NCBI GenBank assembly: GCA_964626415.1 | Contig: CAZVFH010000001.1 | Span: 400 to 64,399, forward strand | Direction: 5' to 3' | Length of the DNA stretch: 64,000 nt | Source: an uncultured Candidatus Saccharibacteria bacterium | Lineage (GTDB): Bacteria; Patescibacteriota; UBA1384; XYA2-FULL-43-10; CAINNR01 | Shown here: piece after piece, positions 15,395-25,083 of the stretch | Layout of the letters: the number at the start of each line of letters is the position of its first letter | How positions within the stretch are numbered: position 1 is the stretch's first letter | Translations under genes and position numbers: made by a program | Notes under the pieces: model-generated | What the model saw: the letters and a program-made list of their open reading frames with translations, nothing else | What the model was told of the DNA's origin: nothing | The model's database searches: none

Positions 15395-16642
15395 TCAGAC
15401 AAAAGTTAATGCTTGGCCGGATTTTGAACCGCGGCCGGTTCTGCCGATGCGGTGAATATAGTCATTATAGGTTTGTGGGATTGTATAATTGATAACATGC
15501 GAAATATCGCCAATATCAAGTCCGCGGGCAGCGACATCGGTTGCTACTAATATATTGCAGTGGTCATTTCGAAAAGCAGTGAGCGACCTTGCTCTTTGGC
15601 TTTGGCGTTTATTCCCATGAATTGATTCGGCGCGGTGACCGTTTTTACTTAAATCATCGGCTAATTTTTCTACATCGCGCTTGGTTTCAGAAAAGATTAA
15701 AACTTTTTTAAGTTCCGGTTGGTTTAGCAAGTTAGTTAATTTTGAAAATTTTTCTTCATGGGAGCTAACCCTAACAACATCTTGCAAAACATTGGCGGCT
15801 GTGTCGCCAGTTTTAACTGCAACTGTTATAGGGCTTACAAGAAATTTATTTACTAAGTTTCTGATTTTCTCCGGAATCGTTGCCGAGAAAAATAACGCCT
15901 GTTTTTTTTCTGGCAGAGTATTTAAAATTAAAGATATCTCTTCGACAAACCCCATATCAAGCATTCGATCAACTTCGTCAAGAACAATATTTTGAAATAT
16001 ATTAAATTTCAAAAGTCCGCGACATGAAAGATCCCTCAATCGTCCCGGTGTTCCGATAACAAAATTTGGATTTTGTCTAAGGGCTTGAATTTGTCTTCCG
16101 ATCGGCATTCCGCCAACGCAAACAGCGGAGTAAATTCTCATACCAGATGAAAACGCGCGAAGTTCATTATCTATTTGAATTGCCAGTTCTCTTGTCGGGG
16201 CAATAATTAATACTTTTTCATACTTTGTATGATAAATTTTATTGATAAGCGGCAATAAAAATGCTGCTGTTTTTCCACTTCCGGTGTCTGCAAGGCCAAT
16301 TAAATCCTTGCCATTCATAATCGGTAAAATCGCCTGGTCCTGAACTGGCGTTGGTTTTTGATAATTTCTTTTGTCTAAATTGAATTGTAATTCTTTGCAA
16401 AATCTAAAATCAGCAAAATTATGAGAAATTTTGTTGTTTTCTGTTGAGTCCATTGAGATTGATCTTTTAACGAATTTTGAAATATCGATCTGTTCTCCGC
16501 GGGATCGTCGCGAAGATCTATTAAATGATCTACCAACTGTCGCGGAAAATCTTCCTCGGCTTTTAAATGAACTATTTCCTGAACCAAAACGATTCCTGCT
16601 CGAACGAAAACTCGAATTTCTGCTGAAACTTGTATTTTTCAT
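15395..16642 (-). CDS. DEAD-box ATP-dependent RNA helicase with Arg/Ser-rich N-terminal extension
   Basis: Q motif ..PTPVQDQAI, motif I ADTGSGKT, motif II LDEVDRML, SAT, motif VI HRIGRTGRG. Confidence 0.9.
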   Translation of the reverse strand: MKNTSFSRNSSFRSSRNRFGSGNSSFKSRGRFSATVGRSFNRSSRRSRGEQIDISKFVKRSISMDSTENNKISHNFADFRFCKELQFNLDKRNYQKPTPVQDQAILPIMNGKDLIGLADTGSGKTAAFLLPLINKIYHTKYEKVLIIAPTRELAIQIDNELRAFSSGMRIYSAVCVGGMPIGRQIQALRQNPNFVIGTPGRLRDLSCRGLLKFNIFQNIVLDEVDRMLDMGFVEEISLILNTLPEKKQALFFSATIPEKIRNLVNKFLVSPITVAVKTGDTAANVLQDVVRVSSHEEKFSKLTNLLNQPELKKVLIFSETKRDVEKLADDLSKNGHRAESIHGNKRQSQRARSLTAFRNDHCNILVATDVAARGLDIGDISHVINYTIPQTYNDYIHRIGRTGRGSKSGQALTFV

Positions 16643-16820
16643 ACCATCTTTCTTTTTGCAACGAGAAAAATATCCCGATTGCTTTTAATTAATATTTCGA
16701 TTGCCCCAAATGGGAATTGCCGTATAGAACTTCGAAATATTTCACAACTTTCGCGATTCCATAGAACAATTTGTAACAACTATTTAACTATAGCAGATAT
16801 TAAATAATAATGCAAGACAT

Positions 16821-16848
16821 AAAAAAAAGTGGCCACATTGCTGTGGCC
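16821..16848 (-). terminator. Intrinsic terminator of the GC-rich pilin-like gene
   Basis: On the minus strand GGCCACA-GCAA-TGTGGCC is followed by T8 (plus-strand A8 at 16821-16828). Confidence 0.65.
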
Positions 16849-16880
16849 GTAAGGCGTTGAGGCAGAGGCAGAGGTGTAGG

Positions 16881-17588
16881 TTATGGGACCTTGACGACGC
16901 GCCAGTCGTTGAACGGCTCTGTCGCCGTCAATGCCGCGTTGTTCGCGTAGGTGCCATTCCGGCGCGCCCACTTGACATGACCGTCGCAGTATGACAGGTT
17001 GTTCCCACCGTTGTGCGAGGGAATCCCCCTGCAGCTCGTGGTACCGGGCCACTCGCCCGATGCCGAGTGCCGTGCGACGATGCAGAAGCTGTCGGTCAGC
17101 TGCACGGTGGTGGCCGGTTGCTGGATTGCGCTGTCCTTCTGATCGCCCGGGCCGGGGTCCGCCGGGTAGGCGACTCCTTGGAAGTTGCAGGCGCTGTGTC
17201 CCCAGTTGATGCCGTAGCCGCCGACATACCGCGCGCGTGGCGGCTGGTCACAGACCCAGCCCGGCGCACCGCAGAAGTTCGCATCGCAGCGGTAGCTCGG
17301 GCAGTTCAGGATCTGCAGGTTCTTCAGGTACGGCTCAATCAGCACCATCCACCAGTAGCCGTTGCCCCCCGTCGTTGAGTTCCAGCGCGCAACCGGCACG
17401 TTCCGCTCGTCGTAGTCCGAGGCGTACATCCGGCATGCCAGCGCCAGTTGCTTCAGATTGCTCTGGCAACTCGCCTGCCGCGCCTTCTCCCGTGCCCTGG
17501 CGAACACCGGGAACAGGATCGCCGCCAGAATCGCAATGATCGCGATCACAACCAACAGCTCAATCAGCGTGAATCCCTGTCGTTTCAT
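16881..17588 (-). CDS. Prepilin-type N-terminal cleavage/methylation domain protein of the DUF1559 / H-X9-DG family
   Basis: Start [29 protein letters not shown] (G/FTLIE prepilin motif) with SD AAGGTGG. C-terminal [12 protein letters not shown] fits H-X9-DG. Strongly GC-rich, unlike all flanking DNA. Confidence 0.8.
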   Translation of the reverse strand: MKRQGFTLIELLVVIAIIAILAAILFPVFARAREKARQASCQSNLKQLALACRMYASDYDERNVPVARWNSTTGGNGYWWMVLIEPYLKNLQILNCPSYRCDANFCGAPGWVCDQPPRARYVGGYGINWGHSACNFQGVAYPADPGPGDQKDSAIQQPATTVQLTDSFCIVARHSASGEWPGTTSCRGIPSHNGGNNLSYCDGHVKWARRNGTYANNAALTATEPFNDWRVVKVP

Positions 17589-17690
17589 GATATGCACCAC
17601 CTTTAGTGGCAGCATTTCCGCCGAAGCGGTTAGACAGCTATATGATATCCTGTTAAATTTCAAAAGTCAATACTTTTTAAAAATAAATGT

Positions 17691-17720
17691 TTGACATATT
17701 TAAATCATTTATGATATAAA
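17691..17720 (+). promoter_or_regulatory. Candidate promoter of the fusA-tuf-S10 cluster: TTGACA-N18-(TGa)TATAAA
   Basis: Consensus -35 at 17691-17696 and extended -10 at 17712-17720. Lies about 280 nt upstream of fusA. Confidence 0.4.
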
Positions 17721-17803
17721 TGATGATGCAAGGGGAAATTTTTGTTTTAGCAGGAGCTAAAATCCCTACTAAATTACCAATAATATCCCGTAATTACTTA
17801 ATT

Positions 17804-17946
17804 ACCTTGAATCACAAAATACATTTTTCTGTCATCCCGAACTTGTTTCGGGATCTCAGCAGTCGATTACTGAGATGCTGAAACCCTCCATAGGCGGGCA
17901 GGCAAGTTCAGCATGACAACTATTTATCAATTTCGTAATTCAAGGA
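17804..17946. repeat. MITE/REP-like nested-palindrome element, copy 1 (TIR CCTTGAAT(C/T)AC(A/G)AAA)
   Basis: Terminal inverted repeats enclose hairpins ATCCCGAA..TTCGGGAT, CTCAG..CTGAG and GCTGAA..TTCAGC, bracketed by GTCAT..ATGAC. Confidence 0.75.
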
Positions 17947-17999
17947 TAATAGCTATTCCATAATTTTGCATTTTGATTTTTGAATTTTGAATTATTATT

Positions 18000-20072
18000 A
18001 TGCGTGACTATCCTTTAGAAAAAGTTAGAAACATCGGCATCGCCGCTCATATTGATGCCGGAAAAACGACCGTTACCGAACGGGTGCTTTATTATACCGG
18101 CAAAAAACATAAAATTGGTGAAGTGCACGAAGGCGCAGCCGAAATGGACTGGATGGAGCAGGAAAAGGAGCGGGGAATTACAATCACTTCGGCGGCGACA
18201 ACCTGTTTTTGGAATGATACTCGAATAAATATAATTGATACTCCTGGACATGTTGATTTTACCGTTGAAGTTGAACGCTCGCTTCGAGTTCTTGACGGCG
18301 CTATTGTTGTGTTTGACGGTAAAAATGGAGTTGAGCCGCAATCCGAGACCGTTTGGCGCCAAGCGGAAAAATATAAAGTTCCGCGAATCTGTTTTATTAA
18401 TAAATTAGACGCAATTGCCGGTGATTTTTATATGAGTTTTTTCTCAATTTGCCAGAAACTTCGCGCCAATGCTGTTGCAATGCAGCTTCCAATTGGTGTT
18501 GAAAGTAACTTTTCCGGTGTTGCTGACCTACTTTTGCGCAAGGCCTATATTTGGAGCTCTGATGATCTTGGAAAGACATATAAAACATCTGATATCCCAG
18601 AAAATTTGAAAGATGAAGTTGAAAAATGGCGCGCCGATTTGATTGAAAAAATTGTCGAAACCAATGATGAATTATTGGAAAAATACCTCGCTGGCGTTGA
18701 ACCAAGTATTGAAGAGTTAAAATCTGCCATCCGCAAAGCAACAATTTCAGGTAAAATCTATCCGGTTTTTGCCGGCACTGCTCTGAAAAACAAAGGAATT
18801 CAGACACTTCTTGACGCCGTTGTCGAATATCTGCCCTCGCCGCTAGAGATTCCTGCTCCAAAGGCAAAAGTTGCCGGCAGTGATGAAGAAATTGAACTAA
18901 ATCCTTCAGATGATGGACCATTTTGTGCTCTTGCATTTAAGATTGCTGCCGACCCATTTGTTGGCAAATTAACATTTTTCCGAGTTTACTCTGGCAAGTT
19001 ATCTTCTGGTTCATACATTTTAAACACCAGGTCCGGCGAAAAAGAACGAATCGGTCGAATTTTGCGTATGCATGCTAACCATCGCGAAGAAGTTTCCGAA
19101 GTTTACTCCGGTGAAATTGCCGCCGCTGTTGGGCTTAAAGCAACTGTTACCGGCGATACACTTTGTGATCCAAGCAAGAAATTTATACTCGAAGAGATAA
19201 CCTTTCCACAGCCGGTTATTTCAATTGCAATTGAACCAAAAACCAAAGCTGATCAGGAAAAGATGGGTATTGCTCTTGCTCGCCTTGCTGAGGAGGATCC
19301 AACTTTTCGTGTTCATACCGATCTTGATTCCGGCCAGACAATTATTGAAGGTATGGGTGAACTTCATCTTGAAATTATTGTTGATCGGATGAAGCGTGAG
19401 TTTAAAGTTGAAGCCAATGTTGGCAAACCGCAAGTCGCTTACAAGGAAACACTTAGGTCAACTGTTGAGCAGGAAGGAAAGTATATTCGTCAATCAGGCG
19501 GTCGCGGCCAATACGGCCATGTTTATCTTAAACTTGAGCCAAACGAAGAAGGCGCCGGCTTTGAATTTATCAACAAAATTGTCGGCGGCACGATTCCTAA
19601 AGAATTTATCTCTCCCTCTGAAGATGGAGCGCGTGAAGCGGCCGGGAAGGGCGTTATTGCCGGCTATCCGGTTGTTGATGTCAAAGTTACTTTGTACGAC
19701 GGTTCATTTCACGATGTCGACTCCTCTGAAATGGCGTTTAAAATCGCCGCTTCTTTTGCATTTCAAGAAGGTTTTAAAAAAGCAAATCCGGTAATTCTGG
19801 AGCCAATAATGAAAGTTGAAACTGCAGTTCCGGAAGAATACACCGGTGATGTTGTTGGGGACTTAAATTCAAAACGCGGTCAAATAGAAGAGATGTCCGA
19901 TAGATCGGGGGCAAAAGTTATTGATTCGCTAGTTCCGTTGGCCTCAATGTTTGGTTATGCGACAACTTTGCGCAGTATGACACAAGGCAGAGGAAATTAT
20001 ACTATGGAATTTGATCATTATGCCGAAGTTCCAAGAAATATCGCCGAGGAAATTATTGGGGGAAAACAATAA
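18000..20072 (+). CDS. fusA: Elongation factor G
   Basis: 690 aa. [21 protein letters not shown], and full-length EF-G domain order. Confidence 0.97.
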   Translation: MRDYPLEKVRNIGIAAHIDAGKTTVTERVLYYTGKKHKIGEVHEGAAEMDWMEQEKERGITITSAATTCFWNDTRINIIDTPGHVDFTVEVERSLRVLDGAIVVFDGKNGVEPQSETVWRQAEKYKVPRICFINKLDAIAGDFYMSFFSICQKLRANAVAMQLPIGVESNFSGVADLLLRKAYIWSSDDLGKTYKTSDIPENLKDEVEKWRADLIEKIVETNDELLEKYLAGVEPSIEELKSAIRKATISGKIYPVFAGTALKNKGIQTLLDAVVEYLPSPLEIPAPKAKVAGSDEEIELNPSDDGPFCALAFKIAADPFVGKLTFFRVYSGKLSSGSYILNTRSGEKERIGRILRMHANHREEVSEVYSGEIAAAVGLKATVTGDTLCDPSKKFILEEITFPQPVISIAIEPKTKADQEKMGIALARLAEEDPTFRVHTDLDSGQTIIEGMGELHLEIIVDRMKREFKVEANVGKPQVAYKETLRSTVEQEGKYIRQSGGRGQYGHVYLKLEPNEEGAGFEFINKIVGGTIPKEFISPSEDGAREAAGKGVIAGYPVVDVKVTLYDGSFHDVDSSEMAFKIAASFAFQEGFKKANPVILEPIMKVETAVPEEYTGDVVGDLNSKRGQIEEMSDRSGAKVIDSLVPLASMFGYATTLRSMTQGRGNYTMEFDHYAEVPRNIAEEIIGGKQ

Positions 20073-20075
20073 GAA

Positions 20076-20206
20076 AATTCGAAGCACGAAATCCGAAATT
20101 CGAAACAATATCGAAATTCAAATATAAAAATCCGAAATAGTTTTGAGTTTTGAATTTTCTTAATTCGAATTTGTTTCGAATTTCGATATTCGATATTCGG
20201 ATTTGA
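20076..20206. repeat. About 130-nt tract of self-complementary TTCGAAAT/ATTTCGAA-type units between fusA and tuf
   Basis: Left arm AAATCCGAAATTCGAAACAATATCGAAATTC and right arm GAATTTGTTTCGAATTTCGATATTCGATATTCGGATTT form extensive imperfect pairing. Confidence 0.7.
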
Positions 20207-20294
20207 TTATAAATTGGAAATTTGTTGACTTTTGTTTTAGAATTTGTTAATCTACAATTAGATATTAAAAAAAATAATCAAATAAGGAGAAGAG

Positions 20295-21473
20295 ATGGCT
20301 GCTGAAAAATTTGAAAGAACAAAACCACATGTAAATGTTGGTACAATTGGTCATGTTGATCACGGGAAAACCACTTTGACGGCCGCTATTACCACAGTGC
20401 TGGCAAAAGAAGGTAAAGCAGAGGCAAGAAAATTTGATGATATTGACAACGCTCCAGAAGAAAAGGAACGCGGCATTACAATTGCAACATCTCATCAAGA
20501 GTATGAGTCGGATAAGCGTCACTACGCTCATGTTGACTGCCCCGGCCACGCTGACTATGTCAAAAATATGATCACCGGCGCGGCTCAAATGGACGGCGCA
20601 ATTTTGGTTGTTTCCGCTGCAGATGGTCCAATGCCACAAACACGCGAGCATATTCTGCTTGCAAAACAGGTTGGTGTTCCTAAGGTCGTCGTTTTCTTGA
20701 ATAAAATTGATATGGTTGATGATCTTGAACTTATTGATCTTGTTGAAATGGAAATCCGCGAGCTTTTAACAAAATATGAATTTGATGGCGATGATACTCC
20801 AATTATCAGAGGCAGTGCGCTCAAAGCGCTCGAGGGTGATGCCGAAGGTGAAAAATCAATCAAAGAGTTAATTTCCGCAATTGACTCTTGGATTCCAGAG
20901 CCGACACGCGAAATTGACAAGCCGTTTTTGATGCCGATTGAAGATGTTTTTTCAATTAAAGGACGAGGAACAGTTGCAACCGGCCGCGTAACCCGCGGAA
21001 TTGTCAAAGTTAACGAAGAAGTTGAAATTGTTGGAATCAGAAAAACAGTTAAAGTTGTCGTTACCGGCGTTGAAATGTTTAGAAAAATGCTTGATCAAGG
21101 TCAAGCCGGTGATAATATTGGCGTCCTTCTCCGAGGAATCGAACGCGAAGATATCGAACGCGGACAAGTGCTTGCCAAGCCGGGCTCTGTTACCCCTCAC
21201 ACTGAATTTGAAGCTCAAGTTTATGTTTTAACCAAAGAGGAAGGTGGCCGACACACCCCATTTACCAAAGGATACAAACCGCAATTTTACATCGGTACAA
21301 CTGATGTTACCGGCGAAGTCGAATTTGAAGGCGAAATGGTTATGCCTGGCGATGAAGTAAATATCAAAGTTAAGCTCATTGTTCCGATCGCTCTTGAAGA
21401 AAACCTTCGTTTTGCAATCCGTGAAGGTGGAAAAACCGTTGGTGCCGGAGTTGTCACAAAGATTGTTAAATAA
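20295..21473 (+). CDS. tuf: Elongation factor Tu
   Basis: 392 aa. [22 protein letters not shown]. Confidence 0.98.
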   Translation: MAAEKFERTKPHVNVGTIGHVDHGKTTLTAAITTVLAKEGKAEARKFDDIDNAPEEKERGITIATSHQEYESDKRHYAHVDCPGHADYVKNMITGAAQMDGAILVVSAADGPMPQTREHILLAKQVGVPKVVVFLNKIDMVDDLELIDLVEMEIRELLTKYEFDGDDTPIIRGSALKALEGDAEGEKSIKELISAIDSWIPEPTREIDKPFLMPIEDVFSIKGRGTVATGRVTRGIVKVNEEVEIVGIRKTVKVVVTGVEMFRKMLDQGQAGDNIGVLLRGIEREDIERGQVLAKPGSVTPHTEFEAQVYVLTKEEGGRHTPFTKGYKPQFYIGTTDVTGEVEFEGEMVMPGDEVNIKVKLIVPIALEENLRFAIREGGKTVGAGVVTKIVK

Positions 21474-21487
21474 AAGTTGTAAATTAT

Positions 21488-21823
21488 ATGGCTGCATCCA
21501 AAGTTCAAAAAGAGGCAATTAAACAAAAAATTCGAATTAAGCTCAAAGCTTACGATTACCGTATTATCGATAAATCGGCAAAAGAGATTATCGAAACGGC
21601 AATTCGCTCTGGCGCCAAAGTAAACGGTCCAATTCCGCTGCCAACAGAAATTTCAAAAACAACCGTTATCAAGTCACCAAACGTCTTCAAAAACAGCCGA
21701 GAACAATTCGAAATGCGGGTTCACAAACGTTTAATTGATGTTATTAATCCGACTTCCAAAACAATAGATCAGCTTATGGGACTTGATCTTCCCGCCGGTA
21801 TCGATATCGAAATAAAAATGTAG
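21488..21823 (+). CDS. rpsJ: 30S ribosomal protein S10
   Basis: [31 protein letters not shown]. Position after tuf. Confidence 0.95.
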   Translation: MAASKVQKEAIKQKIRIKLKAYDYRIIDKSAKEIIETAIRSGAKVNGPIPLPTEISKTTVIKSPNVFKNSREQFEMRVHKRLIDVINPTSKTIDQLMGLDLPAGIDIEIKM

Positions 21824-21901
21824 CTTTATATCTAAAAATATTAAAAGCCAAGGACAACATCGTAAAATTACGGTAGTTCCGGGCTATTTAGTTTTGATCT
21901 G

Positions 21902-22456
21902 ATGAAAATATTAATTGCTCAAAAACTTAGAATGACCAGGATTTTCAACGCCGAAGGCGAAGAGATTGCTGTCACAGCGCTAAAGTCAAAATTGACCGAG
22001 GTTTTTAAGTTAAAAAACTCGGAATCTGACGGTTATGAAGCGATAAAAGTTAAAGTTGCAAACCGAAAAATAAATAAATTTACTGAATTTGTTGGCACTT
22101 CTGATCTTTATACTAATATTTCTTCCCTTGTTGATGTTGATAAATTCTCTATCGGTGATGAAATCAAAATCATCGGAACTTCCAAAGGTAAAGGTTTTTC
22201 CGGCACGATTAAAAGATATCACTTCGCACAGGGTCCAAAATCACACGGCTCAAATCAGCAACGCCGACTTGGCTCAATAGGCGCCGGTTATCCGCAAAGA
22301 GTTCAAAAGGATCAAAAAATGCCCGGAAGAATGGGCGGCAAACAAGTTACGGTCAAGAATCTAAAGATTATCGATATTGACAAAGAAAAGCAAATAATTT
22401 TAGTTTCCGGCGCTGTTCCCGGTCCGGTTGGCAGTCAAGTTAAAGTAATAGGATAA
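21902..22456 (+). CDS. rplC: 50S ribosomal protein L3 (short form, 184 aa)
   Basis: GKGFSGTIKRYHFAQGPKSHGS, plus operon position. Confidence 0.9.
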   Translation: MKILIAQKLRMTRIFNAEGEEIAVTALKSKLTEVFKLKNSESDGYEAIKVKVANRKINKFTEFVGTSDLYTNISSLVDVDKFSIGDEIKIIGTSKGKGFSGTIKRYHFAQGPKSHGSNQQRRLGSIGAGYPQRVQKDQKMPGRMGGKQVTVKNLKIIDIDKEKQIILVSGAVPGPVGSQVKVIG

Positions 22457-22473
22457 TTTAATAAAAGGAAAAT

Positions 22474-22573
22474 TCTAACATTGACTTTGCAACACTGACT
22501 TTTCATTGACAAATGAAATCGGAATTAGTCAGTGCCCAGTCAGTGTAGTCGAGTCAGTGTTAGAATTTACATT
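22474..22573. repeat. Nested inverted repeat built from CACTGAC/GTCAGTG words (rplC-rplD spacer)
   Basis: AATTCTAACATTGAC..CAACACTGAC..TTTCATTGACAAATGAAA..GTCAGTG..GTCAGTGTTAGAATT. Confidence 0.75.
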
Positions 22574-22584
22574 ATATATTAATT

Positions 22585-23256
22585 ATGAAGATTGATTTTT
22601 ACAAATTAAACGGCGAAAGAGCAGAGACGGTTGAGTTTCCAAAATCACTTGAAGTTGAGGTGTCAGATTCAAGGGTTTTAGAGTATGTCAGATATGTTAG
22701 AAATTCAATCAGGATTCCCTCTGCCTCCACTAAAGATAGAAGTGAAGTGTCGGGAAGCGGCAAAAAGCCATGGAAACAAAAAGGAACCGGCAGAGCAAGA
22801 CATGGATCAAAGCGTTCACCTATCTGGGTTGGGGGCGGTGTTGCATTTGGTCCAACAAATAAGAAAAATTATTCAGAAAAAATTAATAAACGCCAAAGAT
22901 CACAAATTATCTCAGCAATAATTTTTTCTGCAGTCAAAAACAAAATTACTGCTGGAATAATTAATCCTGACTTTCCAGAGGCAAAAACTAAAATTGCTTT
23001 TGATTTTTTAAATAAGCTCCCAATTAGCGGCAAAATGATGGTATTTACTACAGGTGACAATGATAATTTTCTGAAATCATTTCAGAATATTGCCGCCGTC
23101 ACATTGGCCACACCAGACAATATCGATATAATCACTCTAATTTCCGCTGATGGTTTGATTTTTACAAAAGAGGTTTTAGCTGATTTAGCATTACGTTTTG
23201 AAAGAGTTAAAAAAACTGCTGAAAAAGTTTTAACAAAAGCCAAGGAGAGTAAATGA
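22585..23256 (+). CDS. rplD: 50S ribosomal protein L4
   Basis: [30 protein letters not shown]. Confidence 0.95.
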   Translation: MKIDFYKLNGERAETVEFPKSLEVEVSDSRVLEYVRYVRNSIRIPSASTKDRSEVSGSGKKPWKQKGTGRARHGSKRSPIWVGGGVAFGPTNKKNYSEKINKRQRSQIISAIIFSAVKNKITAGIINPDFPEAKTKIAFDFLNKLPISGKMMVFTTGDNDNFLKSFQNIAAVTLATPDNIDIITLISADGLIFTKEVLADLALRFERVKKTAEKVLTKAKESK

Positions 23257-23588
23257 AATCAGTAGTCTTGGCACCAATTATAACGGAAAAAGGAGTATCG
23301 CTCTCTTCAAATAATGTTTATGCTTTTCTCGTCTCTCCTTCCGCCAACAAACATTTGGTCTCTTGTGAGATCAAGCAAATTTTTAAAGTTGATGTTGTAA
23401 GCGTGAACATAATCAATATTCCGGGAAAAATAAAGCGTTCGGGAAAAAAATTTGGCAAGAGAAGTGATATTAAAAAAGCCTATGTTCGGATAAAATCAGG
23501 TCAAAAGATTGCGGTATTTGAATCAGAGGAAGAAAAAAAAGATAAAAAAGTAAAATCCAAAGATAACAAGGATAAGAAAGCAGAGTAA
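23253..23588 (+). CDS. rplW: 50S ribosomal protein L23 (Lys-rich C-terminal tail)
   Basis: [41 protein letters not shown]. Overlaps the rplD stop. Confidence 0.9.
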   Translation: MKSVVLAPIITEKGVSLSSNNVYAFLVSPSANKHLVSCEIKQIFKVDVVSVNIINIPGKIKRSGKKFGKRSDIKKAYVRIKSGQKIAVFESEEEKKDKKVKSKDNKDKKAE

Positions 23589-23590
23589 AT

Positions 23591-24415
23591 ATGGCAATAA
23601 AAAGAAACAACCCAACAACACCAGCAAGAAGAGGTTCAAGCTATCTTGATTTTTCAGGCCTTACTAAAAGTCGTGGGAAATCGGCTTTGAAAAAGATAAC
23701 TAAAAAAGGATCCGGCAGGAATAATACGGGCAGAATTACAGTTGCTCATCGAGGCGGTGGAAGCAAGCGCTTTTACCGAATAGTAAATTTTGGCACTTTT
23801 AAAGAAGAGAAAGCAAAAGTTGTTGGAATCGAATACGATCCGAACAGAAGTTCATTTATTGCAAAAATAGAGTATTCAAGCGGTAAATTCGATTATATCA
23901 TCGCTCCGCATAAACTCTCTGTTGGTGGTTCGATAAGCTGCGGTGAAAAAGTTGGAATAAAGATTGGCAATCGAATGATGATCAAGAATATTCCTACCGG
24001 CACTCAAGTTTATAATCTTGAGCTTAAGCCAAAGACAAAAGGTATTCTTTGCAGAAGTGCTGGCAATTTAGCTACAATCCTATCATATGATGGAGGAATT
24101 GCGACTATAAAACTCCCTAGCAGCGAAGTTAGAATAATAAGTGGGGAGTGTTACGCATCTGTCGGCATGGTTGGGAATACTGACAATATGAATCAAAATA
24201 TTGGTTCAGCCGGCAGAAAGCGCCGAATGGGAATCCGTCCGACAGTTCGCGGAAAGGCAAAAAATGCCGTTGACCATCCGCACGGTGGTGGTGAGGGTGG
24301 AACTTCGATCGGAATGCCTGGACCAAAAACTCCTTGGGGCATGCCGGCACTTGGGCATCGAACAAGAAGTAGAAGTAAAAATCAAAAAAGTATTATAAAA
24401 CGCAGGAGCAAATAA
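23591..24415 (+). CDS. rplB: 50S ribosomal protein L2
   Basis: [22 protein letters not shown] and HPHGGGEG. Confidence 0.97.
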   Translation: MAIKRNNPTTPARRGSSYLDFSGLTKSRGKSALKKITKKGSGRNNTGRITVAHRGGGSKRFYRIVNFGTFKEEKAKVVGIEYDPNRSSFIAKIEYSSGKFDYIIAPHKLSVGGSISCGEKVGIKIGNRMMIKNIPTGTQVYNLELKPKTKGILCRSAGNLATILSYDGGIATIKLPSSEVRIISGECYASVGMVGNTDNMNQNIGSAGRKRRMGIRPTVRGKAKNAVDHPHGGGEGGTSIGMPGPKTPWGMPALGHRTRSRSKNQKSIIKRRSK

Positions 24416-24723
24416 TGTCGAGATCGCTTAAAAAAGGTCCATTTATTGATCAGAAACTGCTGAAAAAAATTTCAGTAAATAAAAATTCATCTTCAAAAAA
24501 CCCAATTAAAACCTGGTCAAGAGACACGGTTATCTCTCCAGAAATGGTCGGCGTAACTTTTGCTGTCCATAACGGTAAAGATTTTATCCCGGTATTTGTT
24601 GTTGAGGATATGATCGGTCATTGTCTCGGTGAATTTTCCCCGACAAGAAAATTCAGAAGACATGGTGGCAAGATGGCAAAAGAACAAGAATCTGGGGATA
24701 AACAAGCAAAATCCGATAAATAA
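24415..24723 (+). CDS. rpsS: 30S ribosomal protein S19
   Basis: [24 protein letters not shown]. Confidence 0.95.
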   Translation: MSRSLKKGPFIDQKLLKKISVNKNSSSKNPIKTWSRDTVISPEMVGVTFAVHNGKDFIPVFVVEDMIGHCLGEFSPTRKFRRHGGKMAKEQESGDKQAKSDK

Positions 24724-24728
24724 ACATC

Positions 24729-25082
24729 ATGGAAATTTCAGTCAAAAGTAAATATTTGAAAATTTCAGCCAGAAAACTTCGCCCGGTAGTTAATTTGGTT
24801 CGTGGAAAAACTGCCACATGGGCAATTACAAATCTGAAATTTATTCCAAATAAAGGCGCAAAATTTGTCTCTGATCTCATTTTAAACGCTGTTTCTATCG
24901 CAAAGTCCGAAGAGCTTGGAGTGGACAAATTAGTAGTTTTTATGATAAGCTGTAGTGACGGATCGCGTTTGAAACGAGGAGTACCGTCGTCAAAAGGCAG
25001 TATGATGCCAATCAGCAAAAGAACGAGTCATCTTTATTTAACGCTCAAAGATGATGAAATAAAGAAAGAAAAAAGTAGTTAA
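24729..25082 (+). CDS. rplV: 50S ribosomal protein L22
   Basis: KYLKISARKLRPVVNLVRGK, plus operon position. Confidence 0.9.
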   Translation: MEISVKSKYLKISARKLRPVVNLVRGKTATWAITNLKFIPNKGAKFVSDLILNAVSIAKSEELGVDKLVVFMISCSDGSRLKRGVPSSKGSMMPISKRTSHLYLTLKDDEIKKEKSS

Positions 25083-25083
25083 T

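Noticed and set aside
16780-17694. Several overlapping ORFs on both strands (16780-17052, 16991-17209, 17013-17378, 17096-17284, 17237-17539, 17458-17694)
   Set aside because: These are shadow ORFs typical of GC-rich DNA. Only the minus-strand frame gives a recognisable protein (prepilin signal + H-X9-DG). The 17663 start adds an implausible extension upstream of the SD and [10 protein letters not shown].
18015-21526. Antisense/off-frame ORFs inside fusA and tuf (e.g. 18397-18936, 20265-20651, 20585-21007), and the many similar ones inside r-protein, aaRS and metabolic genes
   Set aside because: They lie fully within strongly supported conserved genes and have low-complexity or unrecognisable translations. 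They are treated as spurious.
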